Shown piece after piece: positions 24,901-35,995 of a stretch of 64,000 nucleotides of DNA. A program made the translations under genes and the position numbers. Source of the DNA: Selaginella moellendorffii (taxonomy: Eukaryota > Plantae > Lycopodiophyta); the NCBI RefSeq assembly GCF_000143415.4, contig NW_003314316.1, forward strand, positions 194,048-258,047. The letters run 5' to 3'. The stretch's first letter is position 1; each line of letters opens with the position of its first letter. The notes beneath the pieces are model-generated. The model was not told the DNA's origin and searched no databases. It saw nothing but the letters and a program-made list of their open reading frames with translations.

Positions 24901-26860
24901 AAGGGAAAAGCAGAACAAAATGGAAATATAAAAGGAAGTAATAGGGAGAAAAAGTAATGGAAACAAAAGTAAAAGCAAATGAACGAAAAAGTATGGAAAT
25001 GAGAGAAATGAATGAAATATAAGAAAGTACGAGACAAAGGGGAAAAGCCTCAAAATCACACTTGGCATAAGTGCATTACAACCAATTTATACCAAGGATG
25101 AAGTCAAAAGCTTGACCCAGCATGACTGCAACTCAAGCTTGAGATCACTTACACGCACAACTAGGTTCGCCTCATCCCGTGCACATGCATATGTATGACC
25201 ATTGCTATAAAGAATAAAAATTGACTCTGCCACATGACGTAAATGTAGATGGCAACATGTGGCAACAAGTTGAGTAATAGAAGATAAACTCGAACCTGTA
25301 TCAACCAACACAAAGAGAATAACATGAGACCTCTTATTATAAAAAACAAGCATGGAAAGTAAACATTGGATGAATTGATGCTAAGTAAACCTCTTGATAA
25401 TACTTCCGAAAGAAATATAGAGGGGTCACTGACTTATTCACACAAGGTCTTTTCATTACTTATGCAATTCCTTGTTTCTTAGATGCATCTTGGCGTCCAG
25501 ACCTTCCACGGCAGTAGCTCCAATAGGACGTTGTTGATGCCAAGGTTTCCACCCAAGAAATGGAAGCCACCAATTTAAAAAACATCAACAACACCAATAA
25601 GTGTGACCAACTTCATCACACACCTAGTAGTGAACATTATGGCCACAACCACGTCCTCGCTCTTGTCCTTGAACTTGAGCAACAGTAGCATCAACTTTCA
25701 TTGGAATAAGGTCATCTCCCACATGAAGTAGAGCTGAAGGACATGCAATGAGAAGTGGAAGAGGCGATATTTCATAATGTTGCGTCAAGCGAAGGGCATT
25801 GTTAAGGTGGTTTGAGCAAGTGCATACAGAAGTCTTATAAGATCTTGATAAAGTGTTGGCCACAACATTCCTAACTTGATCTGCTTCAATATATTTGGCT
25901 CTACACGAAACAAAAGGCTTCGGAAACAAATGCCAAATTGCATCACTAACTTAAATGGTCCTTGACGAAAGTGATGTAATTGTTGGAAAACATCATTACA
26001 ATCGTTGACATGTTTGAATACGTGTTTGAAGACATCCAGGAGAATACTCTAATCTTCATGAGTAGTTGCGCTCAAACCATTATACCACTACAGCACCGTC
26101 CCTTAGAAACATATAAAAAACTCATGTAAACGTAAAGTATCATCCCAAGAATGATATGTGGCAATCACTGTGAAGTGATCGAACTAATGGTACACATTAT
26201 CCCTAGGATTCCCACGAAAGAACTCTAACCAAACATAAGGATTAACACCAAAAGCAAGAGGAACTATACCACATCCCATGAATGTTATTATCAATTGAGT
26301 TTAGTTGTTGAATTACAATTGCACTAACTATTGTTCCAAAGTTAAAGGGGGAGGAGATTGCTACTCTACCATGAAAATGAATGAAAATGAAAGAGTGAAA
26401 AAAAAGAAATGAAATAAAGCTAAAGGGAAAGGGAGATCTAAACAATGCAAAAGCTAGACCTAAACCAAAATCTCAAAAGGAAAAAAGAAAGTAAATGGAA
26501 AAAACTAGATCTCAAAAGTTAGATTTAAACCAAAATCTTAAATCTAAACACTCCTCAAGGACAATCAAAAATGCTTTTTATCTCCACCAATATGAGTGCA
26601 TAGAATATGGAAAGGAAATACAAAAGATGTGTATATCAATTAGCTCAAAAACCCTAATTTATATACAAAAGCAAGTGGTTTAAATTAAAACTAATTCTAT
26701 GGTTACCAAAACCCCACTACGCTAATATTAATATATAATATCATAACCATACACTCATGTCAATACTTTGATCTATAATAAGGAATATATCTTTTAGTTA
26801 CTCATTATAGTTATAATTAGAATTGGATTATGTATTAGATGTGGATTTCAAGAGTTAACA
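22000..26860 (-). mobile_element. Degenerate Ty3/Gypsy retrotransposon C
   Basis: gag with knuckle-like CDEVGHTYWCC (~25590-25620), protease VLVDTGSS (25087-25353), RT FCIDYYSLN/KLDLASRYWQV (24348-24632), RNase H/integrase debris 22700-24000. Confidence 0.85.
24870..25080. mobile_element. Solo LTR inserted between protease and RT of element C
   Basis: 211-bp insert with TGTAAC...ATTACA termini; flanks ATTAA/ACCAA fit a decayed TSD. Confidence 0.55.
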
Positions 26861-26877
26861 ATACTAGGTTTTGTTAG

Positions 26878-27275
26878 TTATTTGTTGTCCCTGCTCTTGA
26901 ACACGCTTGCACCAAAGAAGAGGAACATCCAGATGAATGCTGCCACCACAATCTGCGCCTTGGTGCTCAGATCATTCAGCTTCCCTGCAGAGTAGATAGA
27001 ATCTAAAGGACGTCACAGAAAAACAGTTGGGACTGGCTCCTCCTACCTCCCAAATTTCCAAAAGACTCCTCGTGCGGTTCATCTTCGCGATTGTTGCTGC
27101 TGTTGCTCCCGCCGCCATCACCAGCCGCAATCCTCATGCTCCCTTCTCGTCCACGAAAAAATCTACCCGGCAGTGGCACCCGCAGGCGGCAGGGAGGAAG
27201 AATCCGATGGTGCAGCAACAGAGGCGTTGAATCGGTGCCGGGTGTGGCGAACGTGGGACTGATCAATCCCCTCAT
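26878..27275 (-). CDS. Small (~111 aa) plastid-targeted protein with one C-terminal TM helix, 2 exons
   Basis: Exons 27275-27047 and 26984-26878 splice in frame. Transit-peptide-like N-terminus, GDGGGSNSSNN linker, KAQIVVAAFIWMFLFFGASVF hydrophobic tail. Confidence 0.75.
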
Positions 27276-27439
27276 CCGATGGGAAACAGGAACAAATTAC
27301 GCATGAGAACTAGTACTGCTGCGGAAGGAGGCGATGCCAAATCGAAGTAGCAAAAAAATATCTACCCACAATCAACATACTAACTTACGATCAACGTAGA
27401 AAAACCACGAATCAACAGCATGGCAGCACATTCCAAAGC

Positions 27440-27474
27440 GATAAGAAAAAAATCCCTCCTTGCAAATGGATAAG
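27440..27474 (+). promoter_or_regulatory. Paired I-box (GATAAG) motifs in a short divergent promoter
   Basis: GATAAGAAAA at 27440 and 27469, between two head-to-head plastid-protein genes. Confidence 0.45.
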
Positions 27475-27530
27475 AAAAGAAAAGCACAATCAGGGCAAGC
27501 AACGTCTCCTCTCCCCGCGGCAAAATCGCC

Positions 27531-28274
27531 ATGGCTTCCATCTCCGCGGCCACGAGAGGACTCCGAAACCCATCAGGTACGCACTGGCACTTCACGCAGA
27601 GACCCACCGGCATTCTCGCTCCGAGGACCAGCATTCTCGCGCGATCCAACATTCTTGGAACCCAATTACGCTGGCGAGTCGTCCTCCCGCATCACCACCA
27701 CAACCACGCTATCCGCGCGGCCATCGGCGAGAATCCCACCAACAACCCGGACGACTTCGTGGTGCTGGGCCTGGGCCACTGCTTCATCGAGGACTCGAAC
27801 GGCAAGCTCCAGGACCACTTCGTGCTCGAGCCCATCGGCGCGGGCGCGCTCGAGTGCATGGAGAACGGCGGCAAGACGTGCTACAAGCACGTCGCCAGCA
27901 TGCACTTGAGCACCGCGCTGGCGCAGGATCACTCGCAGCTCCCCGAGGAGCTCCGCAGCGGCGCCTTCTGCGAGGACTTCGCCTTCCGGACCAAGTGCGC
28001 GGCGCGCTCCTGGATGCGCGACTACCCGCAGGAGAAGATCGTGCGCTACATCCCGCTGGGGACAGTGCGCTCCGACTTCAACTACAACCTCGAGGACAAG
28101 CGCGTGCTCAACAAGGTGAACATCGTCACCGACGCCGACAACATCAAGCAGGACATGAGCATCGACGTCTACGGCCGGAAAAAGGACGACGATGCCAACA
28201 CCGCCACCGACGCCGCCCCGCCCTCCAAAAAGGAGCTCGAGGAGGATCTCATCTCCAGCTTGTACAACGCTTGA
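27531..28274 (+). CDS. Intronless plastid-targeted protein of unknown function (resembles an uncharacterised cyanobacterial family)
   Basis: 247-aa GC3-rich ORF. Transit peptide ends ...AIRA; core DDFVVLGLGHCF...VLEPI...FCEDF...IPLGTVRSDFNYNLEDKRVLN...DNIKQ. Confidence 0.85.
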   Translation: MASISAATRGLRNPSGTHWHFTQRPTGILAPRTSILARSNILGTQLRWRVVLPHHHHNHAIRAAIGENPTNNPDDFVVLGLGHCFIEDSNGKLQDHFVLEPIGAGALECMENGGKTCYKHVASMHLSTALAQDHSQLPEELRSGAFCEDFAFRTKCAARSWMRDYPQEKIVRYIPLGTVRSDFNYNLEDKRVLNKVNIVTDADNIKQDMSIDVYGRKKDDDANTATDAAPPSKKELEEDLISSLYNA

Positions 28275-28872
28275 ATCTCAATCGTCTTGGCCTTCCAAGT
28301 TTTCCAAAGTTTTAGATCGATCAACATGAACAGCCGAAGCCCACCTTGAATTGTCTGCTCTTCCAGCCTCGCCATCTTCCCTCCAGCTTGCGTCCCAACT
28401 AGTTTTATCTGCTTAGGGGCACACACTCCATCCAGTTAACAAGAACACACCACGCATTCTTCAGAGTTGCATCATATAAACCAAGAACTTGTATACAAAA
28501 TTGTCAGTGAGAAAAACAACACCCAGGCAATAGGACCATTCGCTTGCAATCCCTGCCTTTAGCTACTAGTTAATATGTTACTGAATAGCTATGCATCCAT
28601 CCACACACCTAGATATAATATGTACACAGAAGCTAAGACCTCTCTAGCTAGCACAAGCAATCCACAACCAAATTACAAAGGGAGTAGCGGTAAAGACAGT
28701 ACCTCCGGCTTGCTTTTAGAGTATTAGTAGAGCTGGCCTGAAGCGGTGTTTTTGCTGCGGCTAGCTTCTTGATGTGTGGGACAGACACAACGCGAGAAGC
28801 GAGCTCGCGGTGTTGCCTACTTGGTGAAGGTGATGATCACGATGGCGATGGAACCACCAGCTTGAGGTTGAT

Positions 28873-31800
28873 CTAAAACTCCTCAACTTCCACTGTATCA
28901 ATGCGTGTCAATTATCAGCGTCAATCTGGTGTGTCACGGCTTACCGCCGGGATTGGCATCCTGTTCTGTAAACTCTTCATTCGTTCGAGCCTGTATGGCA
29001 TTCAGCTGCTCTTGGTTCATGTGACTCAGCTCCGCGGGAGACATGATTTTGATGCACCGGACGCAGCTCACAAATTCCCTGCGGAAAAAGGAAGTGAGCC
29101 ACCACCTTACATGGAGGACGATTTAATCGAAACTTACTCCCAAGGATCGTCGCCAACGAGCAAAACATCGTTTTCGTTGTCCACGAACACGAGCTGCCAG
29201 CCTGATCGGTGCGGGTCTTCAAGCTGTCCCTCAAGTCCAAACATTCGAGCCAGCTCACTTCTCAGCCCATCGTAACAGTTCAGACGTGTTAAGTCCAGAG
29301 ACCTTCCGACAGAGCCTGTCTTATACACCTGTTCACAACGAGACCAGTAAGATTTGTAAGCTCTGGAAAAAAAATCACAACAAAACTGGCACATTACCTT
29401 GGTGAATGTTCTCGGCAACATGTGCTGCGCGCTAGAACTTCTCTGTAAGTACGCAGGTTCTTCCAAGGTGCCGTTGTCTGAGCTCAAGTGGAGATCAGAA
29501 GCAGTCGAACTGAGAACTCGTTGCTGACCATCCTTCGATTTCGGCCCCTGGCTCGAAGGAGTAATGCATTCGGGCTCTATGCTGACCCCAAAGAGGAGAT
29601 GACTCCTGGAATCTAGAGGCAACGTATCTTGCTCCTGCTGCTGCTGAGCATCCTTGAAAGTTAAACCGGCCGTTACACCTTGCTCAATGTCATTAATAGA
29701 GAACACGGCCCCACTGCCAGAGTATCCGTCCAAATGTCCGAACTGCAGTGGCTGTTCTGTAGGAAAATCCTTCTCTCCCACGTACCAGCCGTGAGTATCC
29801 TTGATTTGGATGGCTTCTTGCTCACCGCCTATGTTTCTTGCGTACTGTTGTTCCAGCATACTGCTCTGGTAAGATCTTCCATAGGAGCTCAAGGCAATAT
29901 CACTGGAGTCCCCACGCTGCTTCAGGGATTGAGGCCCACTTGAGAGATGCAATGCAGACTCGGACGATTGTTGCGAGAGTTGAACAACCTGCTGCTGCTG
30001 TTGCTGCTGCTGCTGATGCTGATGGCAGTTATACTCGTGAGCTTGTTGCTGTTGGGGTAACGCAGACAGTAGTTGCGTATGCTGCTGCTGCTGGCCTTTC
30101 ATGTGAATCTGCTGCATGGGCAAACCTTTCGGCGTTTGCGAATGCGTTGCGTCTTGAACCCGGCTGCAGTCATCGGGACGAAAAAAGTCCGACCTCGCCC
30201 CTGACGCGGCAGAGTCCGGCCGTTGATGGAGCTGCATGAGTTGCTCCGAGTACATGTTCCATGACAGGTTCTTTTCCAAACCTTCGCTTTTGATCCATTT
30301 TCCTGCGTCCACAGCTTCAACTTCTCCTGAATGTGAAAACAAACATGAGTTAAAAGCCTCGAGTATCACGGGGCTTACTTGCTATTGGATTGGGCCCCAA
30401 CGCCTGGGACCACGGCCTTTTGGATCGAAAAGTGAAAGACGGAGAACAGACGAGGTATGGTGTTGAAGCGGGTTCTATCTCCCAAAGGGATATGCGTTGC
30501 TGCTTTTCGCCAGCGGCAGGCTCGTCCCACTCAACCTGTGAGTACAAGTCAGGAAAGAAAAAAAAAATCTTTAAAGACCTTTAATGAGCGCCAATGAGAA
30601 TTCGGCCATCGCACTGGATCCAGATCACCGGAACCAACAATCGTACCTGTGTGCCTAAAATCATCAAAACAAAAATTTGACACCTTCAAATAGGAAGCCC
30701 ATTGTTTACCTTCGGATTCCAGACTCCTCAGTCTCGAATTGCATTCGAAACCTCATGCCTGGAGAGACTTGCATGTTGTTATATACTGCATTGTAGTACT
30801 TTGACAAAGGGATCACAAATTCTGATGGGCTAGCTCTGCAAGAAAAAAATCCGAATCATCTACTGCGAATGCGTAGTCGTCGTCACCTGGGATTGTAGAA
30901 TATAGTAAATCGACTGCTCGTAGAATTCGCGTGCGCTGCGGCCGCAAGAATACCAATATACATGCTATCAGTTGACAGCAGCGACAGTGGCATGGATGCT
31001 TGCTGCCGGTTTGCACGCCTTATTCCAAGAAGAAGTTGCCCCTTCTCGTCCCTGTGGACACTTGTCAGTTTCGCAGGACGAGAAGCAGAATTGCTAACCT
31101 TATGAAGAGAACAGCGTCGCCAGTTTGCAGGCGCTTGGCGCTGACAAAAACGCTCCATCCCGTCGTAAGAAGGTGCCGCCGTGGCTGGCCTGCAATGCCG
31201 GCACATAGCATTGCTTACACGGGATCCATGGCTAATGAAGAATACCTCGATAGATGTGTCTGAAGCGCCATTCCGTGTCGTGTAAATCCCTCGCAACAAT
31301 CTCCTGGGCCGGAGGTTGCTGGGAAAAGTCCTATAGCAGAAAGTTTACAAGTAAGCTCGTGACGACAGTTGAAATGCTACACATACCAGAGGGGGGAACA
31401 CTTTCTCGGCGGCCCTACGAGGGATAGAAAACCCGCCGTGTGTACTTGTGTCACTTGCTGTCAGCGTTTTACAAAAATACTCCGACGGCTGCCGGTTCTG
31501 TCTGCCCAAGTCAGACACCATGAACGAATCCTTCTCTTGCTACAAAACCATGCGAGCGAGAAATAAAAAAATGAGTAACAATGATCCGGAACAGTAAACT
31601 CGAGACAACTTACAGCATTCATAGGCTGAAGAGTCATCTGGGCATACACTTCATCCGTCTCGGTATCAGCCTGCGTATGAGAAGAGTGTACGAGAGACCC
31701 TTAGAGCTCACTCACTCGCTCGCAAAGAACTAGAACTTACATGGAGAGTGATGTTGTGGAGTTGACAAACGAGATGGGGCGGAAGATTGGGATAGCTAGG

Positions 31801-32107
31801 AATGTCGGCATCGGCCTCCTTCTGGGTCGAGGCAGCCACCTTGAAGAGAAGGAGAACCTTGGAATCAGTCTTAAGCTCTCCGGTGGAGGAAGAATCCCGC
31901 TTACCTGTTCGCTGTGGCCTTGGGGGAAGTAGACCACTCGAGTCCCAACAGAGGGCAGAGAGACGAGCGGCCCAGCACAGGCATGCCAAAGCTCCGGATT
32001 TGGACCTCGTTTCACACCTGGAGTGAAGCATTGCGGCTTAGAGCTCTGATACACTCCTAGCTCCGCTAACATTGAAATCCGGCCGAAATGTCATCCTTAC
32101 CTTCCAT
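28873..32107 (-). CDS. ARF: Auxin response factor, class A (ARF6/8-like): B3 DBD, Q-rich middle region, PB1
   Basis: [48 protein letters not shown], poly-Q region, [33 protein letters not shown]. Likely 7-nt first exon (ATGGAAG|GTAAG, 32107-32101); stop at 28873-28875. Confidence 0.95.
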
Positions 32108-34077
32108 TGCCACTCGCGATGCGCAGCGCCGGGCAGGAGAATCACCTCACCGCGCTTCTCATCCCGCGCATTCTCACTCGGCGCGGCGCCGCGGCCAAAC
32201 CCCTGCCTCTAGATCACCCCCACACCGCTCCACATTGCCACAATGCTTCCAAAGCCACCAGATCCGAGACGATCACTCGAAGCAGCCGCTCAAAGAGACC
32301 CTAGCAGCGCCCTCGCGGCTCCAAGGAGCCAAGAAATCTGCCACATTGAGGAGCTATGGAGCTACGCCGCCGGCCTATGCGCAATACGAACCTCGTCCAG
32401 CCAAATGCAGCGAGACCTAACTAGCGAACACGAAAACGCCACCAATTGTAGCGGTCCGCCAAATTTTGGCTTAGCGGTTCCCCATGGCAGTACGCTGTCT
32501 TTGGAGCATGGCCTGGGCATCACCCCTGTGTGTCTGGGCACATATATGTCATTCCACGTACCGGTCTTTGTCCGAGGGATTCTTCTAATGTCCGCCAGTT
32601 TACAACCCCACAGCGTTAATAGACCCATCGGTCCATTGCGTCTTGCTGGCGTGGTCGGGCAAACGCCGTCGGATGCGCTGGAATTTGGTCCCTGAGATCC
32701 CCCGCGAGAAACGTTGTAATCATTAATGGTCCCACGCACATGGTTCCAGACGTGGACGTGGCGACATAGCAGCCGTGAGATGCCATCGCGTCCCTAGTTT
32801 TGGTATCCCCCTCCGTTGGATTCATAAGGGCGGGATTCCGAAAATGGACGGACACGACGGAACGGACCCCAGTGTGCCATATGCCCCATCCGCGCCATAC
32901 CGGAGCCGCCGGTCCGTACCGGTCCATGGATAAGCTTTGAATGAATGAATGCTGGCACACACATACATACCCCTTTCTTTTTCAGAGGAACCATGGCATC
33001 CATAAGCTTTCAGGAATCGATTAAAAATTCGGTGTAAAGTATTTAGCTCCAAGGTTGTAGACGACGAATAAACAAAAGGATGGCCTAGGGCACGAGTGCC
33101 TATGTTAAACACGGCGAAAATGGAAATCAGACGTAAGCATGAGAGGGAGATATCGACGTTTTTTCTGTATTCTTGTCCACTGAAAAGAAAAAGCTCTGTG
33201 GGTGTCTGATTTGACATGACATGGCTTTACTTTAGGTTAGCACAGCAGCGCATGCCCCATCTTATCCCAAGCACCAATCGTATAATACGGCCGCCGGGGA
33301 CATTTCTTTTTACGTGAATCGATTCCATGATCATTGACAAAATGGATTATTGCCTTCCATAGTGCGATTAATATTTTAAACGCCAAGCACATTAGTGATG
33401 TTGTTTGATCACAGATGGAGGTTTTCTCCCACCATAATGGAGCCCGAAAATTCCGCGAAGCCCGGCCGTGACCTATTCTCTTTTGTGGCCACGACGAGTG
33501 GAGGAATCCCCTCTCGCGCCCCTTTAAACAAGTAAGCCTTTTAACTTTACTACCAAGTGAATCAAGCGAGATCAGATCCGCGGCTGTGCATTGCATTGCG
33601 CCCAAAAAGCGCAACACTTGTCAGCCCTGGGGAAGAATTTTGAAATCTTCAGCACGGAGAATGCGACACCCAAACAAACGAAGATGCCGGAGAATATACT
33701 GCTAGCTTGCCCTAACTCCAGGAACAGGGGGGCATCTTTTTTGGCGTTGTGACAGCAATCCCTGCCGCCAGTTTGTGGCCGGCTGCCGACACGTGGCTAG
33801 ATCCAGGGCCGCGAGCTTGCGCGTTTCTTTGCTCGTCACCTAGTGGGAGCTATTTCCCCCTGTTGCTTGTCGGATGTGTGGGTTTATAGGTGAAATTTTT
33901 GTTTGTAGGGCTGCTAGTTTGTCGCATCGACCGATCGATCATTTGCAAAATGGGGGAACCAATCGATCCATTCGAGATTTTTGACTACTCTACGTTAGGT
34001 GGCTGATCGCTTTCATGTGAGCTATATTCCGGTACGGTGTTCTAAAAAACTCAAGGATCTGGAGACATTTTTTCCGG

Positions 34078-35664
34078 ATGGATCGGCTGCTAGTGATTGA
34101 TCCAAAGGAGCTCGTCTTTGATTTCGAGATTGGGCAGCGATGCAGCAGCTTCGTGATTCTCAAGAATGTCATGTTCACGATGCCGGTGGCGTTCAAGATC
34201 ACCGCGCCGTCCAATGCCGGGGTGGCCAATTCCAAGAAGTACACGATGAAGCCATCGCAGGGGATCATCCCTCCCGCCGGGAGGGCCACCGTCGAGATCA
34301 TCCTCAACCCCCAGCAATCCCTTCCGGACGAATTCCCAAACTCGCTCGACAATTTCGTCGTCAAGAGCTTGGTGGTTCCCGGCGGGAATCAACACAACAG
34401 CGTCTCCAACGAGTGGTTTGAATCCAAGAAGAACTTCGTCTACGCCGACGCTGGATTGAAAGCCTTCTTCAAAGGATCGGCCATCGTCTCCGCTTTGGTT
34501 GCCTCTCCGGATTCGACGATGGAAGACGTGCGAGAAGTCCTGGAACGGGGCGTGGACTTGAACAAGCCCGGATCCAGCGGCCCGGATCGATCCCCGCTCC
34601 ACGTCGCCATAGCTAGCGGACGGCCCGAGATGGTCCAGCTCCTTCTCGAGTTTGGCGCGAATGTTGAGGTCCGGGACAGGTTCGGCAAAACACCGATGCA
34701 CGAGGCTGCTGCCGCGGGACAGACGCTAGCCATGGAGCTCCTTCTCGCAAACGGAGCAAACACAGAGGCCCGGACGGAATCCGTCGGATGGACAGCACTC
34801 CACTTCGCCACGTACGCACATCATTTGGACGCGGTTCGAATCCTCTTGGCGAAGGGCGCGGATGTCAACAGCACCGCCGGGCCGGAGGAGCGTACCGCGC
34901 TGCACATTGCTACCGCCGGCGGTGCACAGCGTTGCTTGAAGCAACTGCTCGAGCATGGTGCCAATCCTAACGCCGTTACCGCCACTGGGCAGACGGCGCT
35001 CCACATCGCGGCGGGCCAGGCCGACGTGGCGGCATCTCGGCTGCTGATCCAACATGGCGCCTGGCGGAATGTGCGGGATTTGAATGGGCATATTCCGTTT
35101 GACGCCGCTGTGGAGGCGGGAGCTGATAAAAGCTTGCTCGATCTGCTCAAGCTCGGCGATGATCTCCGGCGCGCAGCCAGGAGGGGCGATCTCAAATCTG
35201 TGAGGGTTTGTCTTAAGCAGGGCGCCGATCCAAACGGGAGGGATGAGAATGGATGGACCGCGCTCCACTGCGCGGCATTCAAGGGGAGTTTGGAAGTGGT
35301 GAGGCTCTTGATCGACAGGAATGTCGATGTGAATTGCGAGGATTGCGAGGGATACTCGCCGCTCCACTGCGCGGTGGAGATGGGGCACAGCGAGATCGTC
35401 CAGGTTTTGATGAGGAGAGGGGCGGATGTGAATGCCAAGATCAAGAAAGGGTGTTGTGCGGTCAAGATTGGGAGCTTGATGGGCGAGGATGGAATCGTGG
35501 GATTGCTGCTGGACGGCGGCGCCAGGGACGCGAGATCGTTGGTTAGTAGCGTCTCCACAATAAATTTGGGGAAAATCCGCGGTAGCGATGATTCGTCTCT
35601 CAAAAAGAAGAAGAATGGCGAGAGGTTTCCAAGATCCAGGACATTGAGCTGCGAAGCCTATTGA
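34078..35664 (+). CDS. VPY: VAPYRIN (MSP/VAP domain plus ankyrin repeats)
   Basis: Intronless 528 aa. N-terminal MDRL...NVMFTMPVAFKI...YTMKPSQGIIPP...LPDEFPNSLDNF...VSNEWFESKK matches the legume VAPYRIN VAP domain as recalled; many TALH ankyrin repeats follow. Confidence 0.85.
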   Translation: MDRLLVIDPKELVFDFEIGQRCSSFVILKNVMFTMPVAFKITAPSNAGVANSKKYTMKPSQGIIPPAGRATVEIILNPQQSLPDEFPNSLDNFVVKSLVVPGGNQHNSVSNEWFESKKNFVYADAGLKAFFKGSAIVSALVASPDSTMEDVREVLERGVDLNKPGSSGPDRSPLHVAIASGRPEMVQLLLEFGANVEVRDRFGKTPMHEAAAAGQTLAMELLLANGANTEARTESVGWTALHFATYAHHLDAVRILLAKGADVNSTAGPEERTALHIATAGGAQRCLKQLLEHGANPNAVTATGQTALHIAAGQADVAASRLLIQHGAWRNVRDLNGHIPFDAAVEAGADKSLLDLLKLGDDLRRAARRGDLKSVRVCLKQGADPNGRDENGWTALHCAAFKGSLEVVRLLIDRNVDVNCEDCEGYSPLHCAVEMGHSEIVQVLMRRGADVNAKIKKGCCAVKIGSLMGEDGIVGLLLDGGARDARSLVSSVSTINLGKIRGSDDSSLKKKKNGERFPRSRTLSCEAY

Positions 35665-35885
35665 TCCCGGACAACATTCTTTTGTAATCAAAATTGAAAA
35701 AGGAAAAAAGAAAAGCTTTGATTGGTTAAAGGTCGCATTCTTGTATAGATTCCATCGAATTAAATAAAGGAAAACTGAAGAGTTTTGATTGGCTAAAGGT
35801 TGGCGGAGTTTACCATCAAATTAAAAAAGAAGTTTTGATTGGCCATAGTTCGGCGGCTACGAGGCATATGCTTCTTCCATTGGCC

Positions 35886-35958
35886 GGGGACGGAGCTCAA
35901 TTGGTAGAGCATTCGCCTTGCACGCGAAAGGTACGGGGTTCGATACCCCGCGCCTCCA
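35886..35958 (+). tRNA. trnA-UGC: tRNA-Ala(UGC), atypical
   Basis: 73-nt cloverleaf, anticodon arm TTCGC-CT-TGC-AC-GCGAA, G3:U70, GGTTCGA T-loop, TTTT downstream. Position 8 is G and A5/C68 mismatch. Confidence 0.8.
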
Positions 35959-35995
35959 TTTTATTATTCTATTTAAACGCCCCATATATCGTTTT

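Noticed and set aside
32243-33617. ORFs of 110-150 aa and short palindromes between ARF and VAPYRIN
   Set aside because: GC-rich promoter DNA; no motif, and no convincing TIR/TSD or miRNA hairpin by eye.
34090-35691. Long antisense ORFs (203-321 aa)
   Set aside because: Shadows of the GC-rich VAPYRIN CDS.
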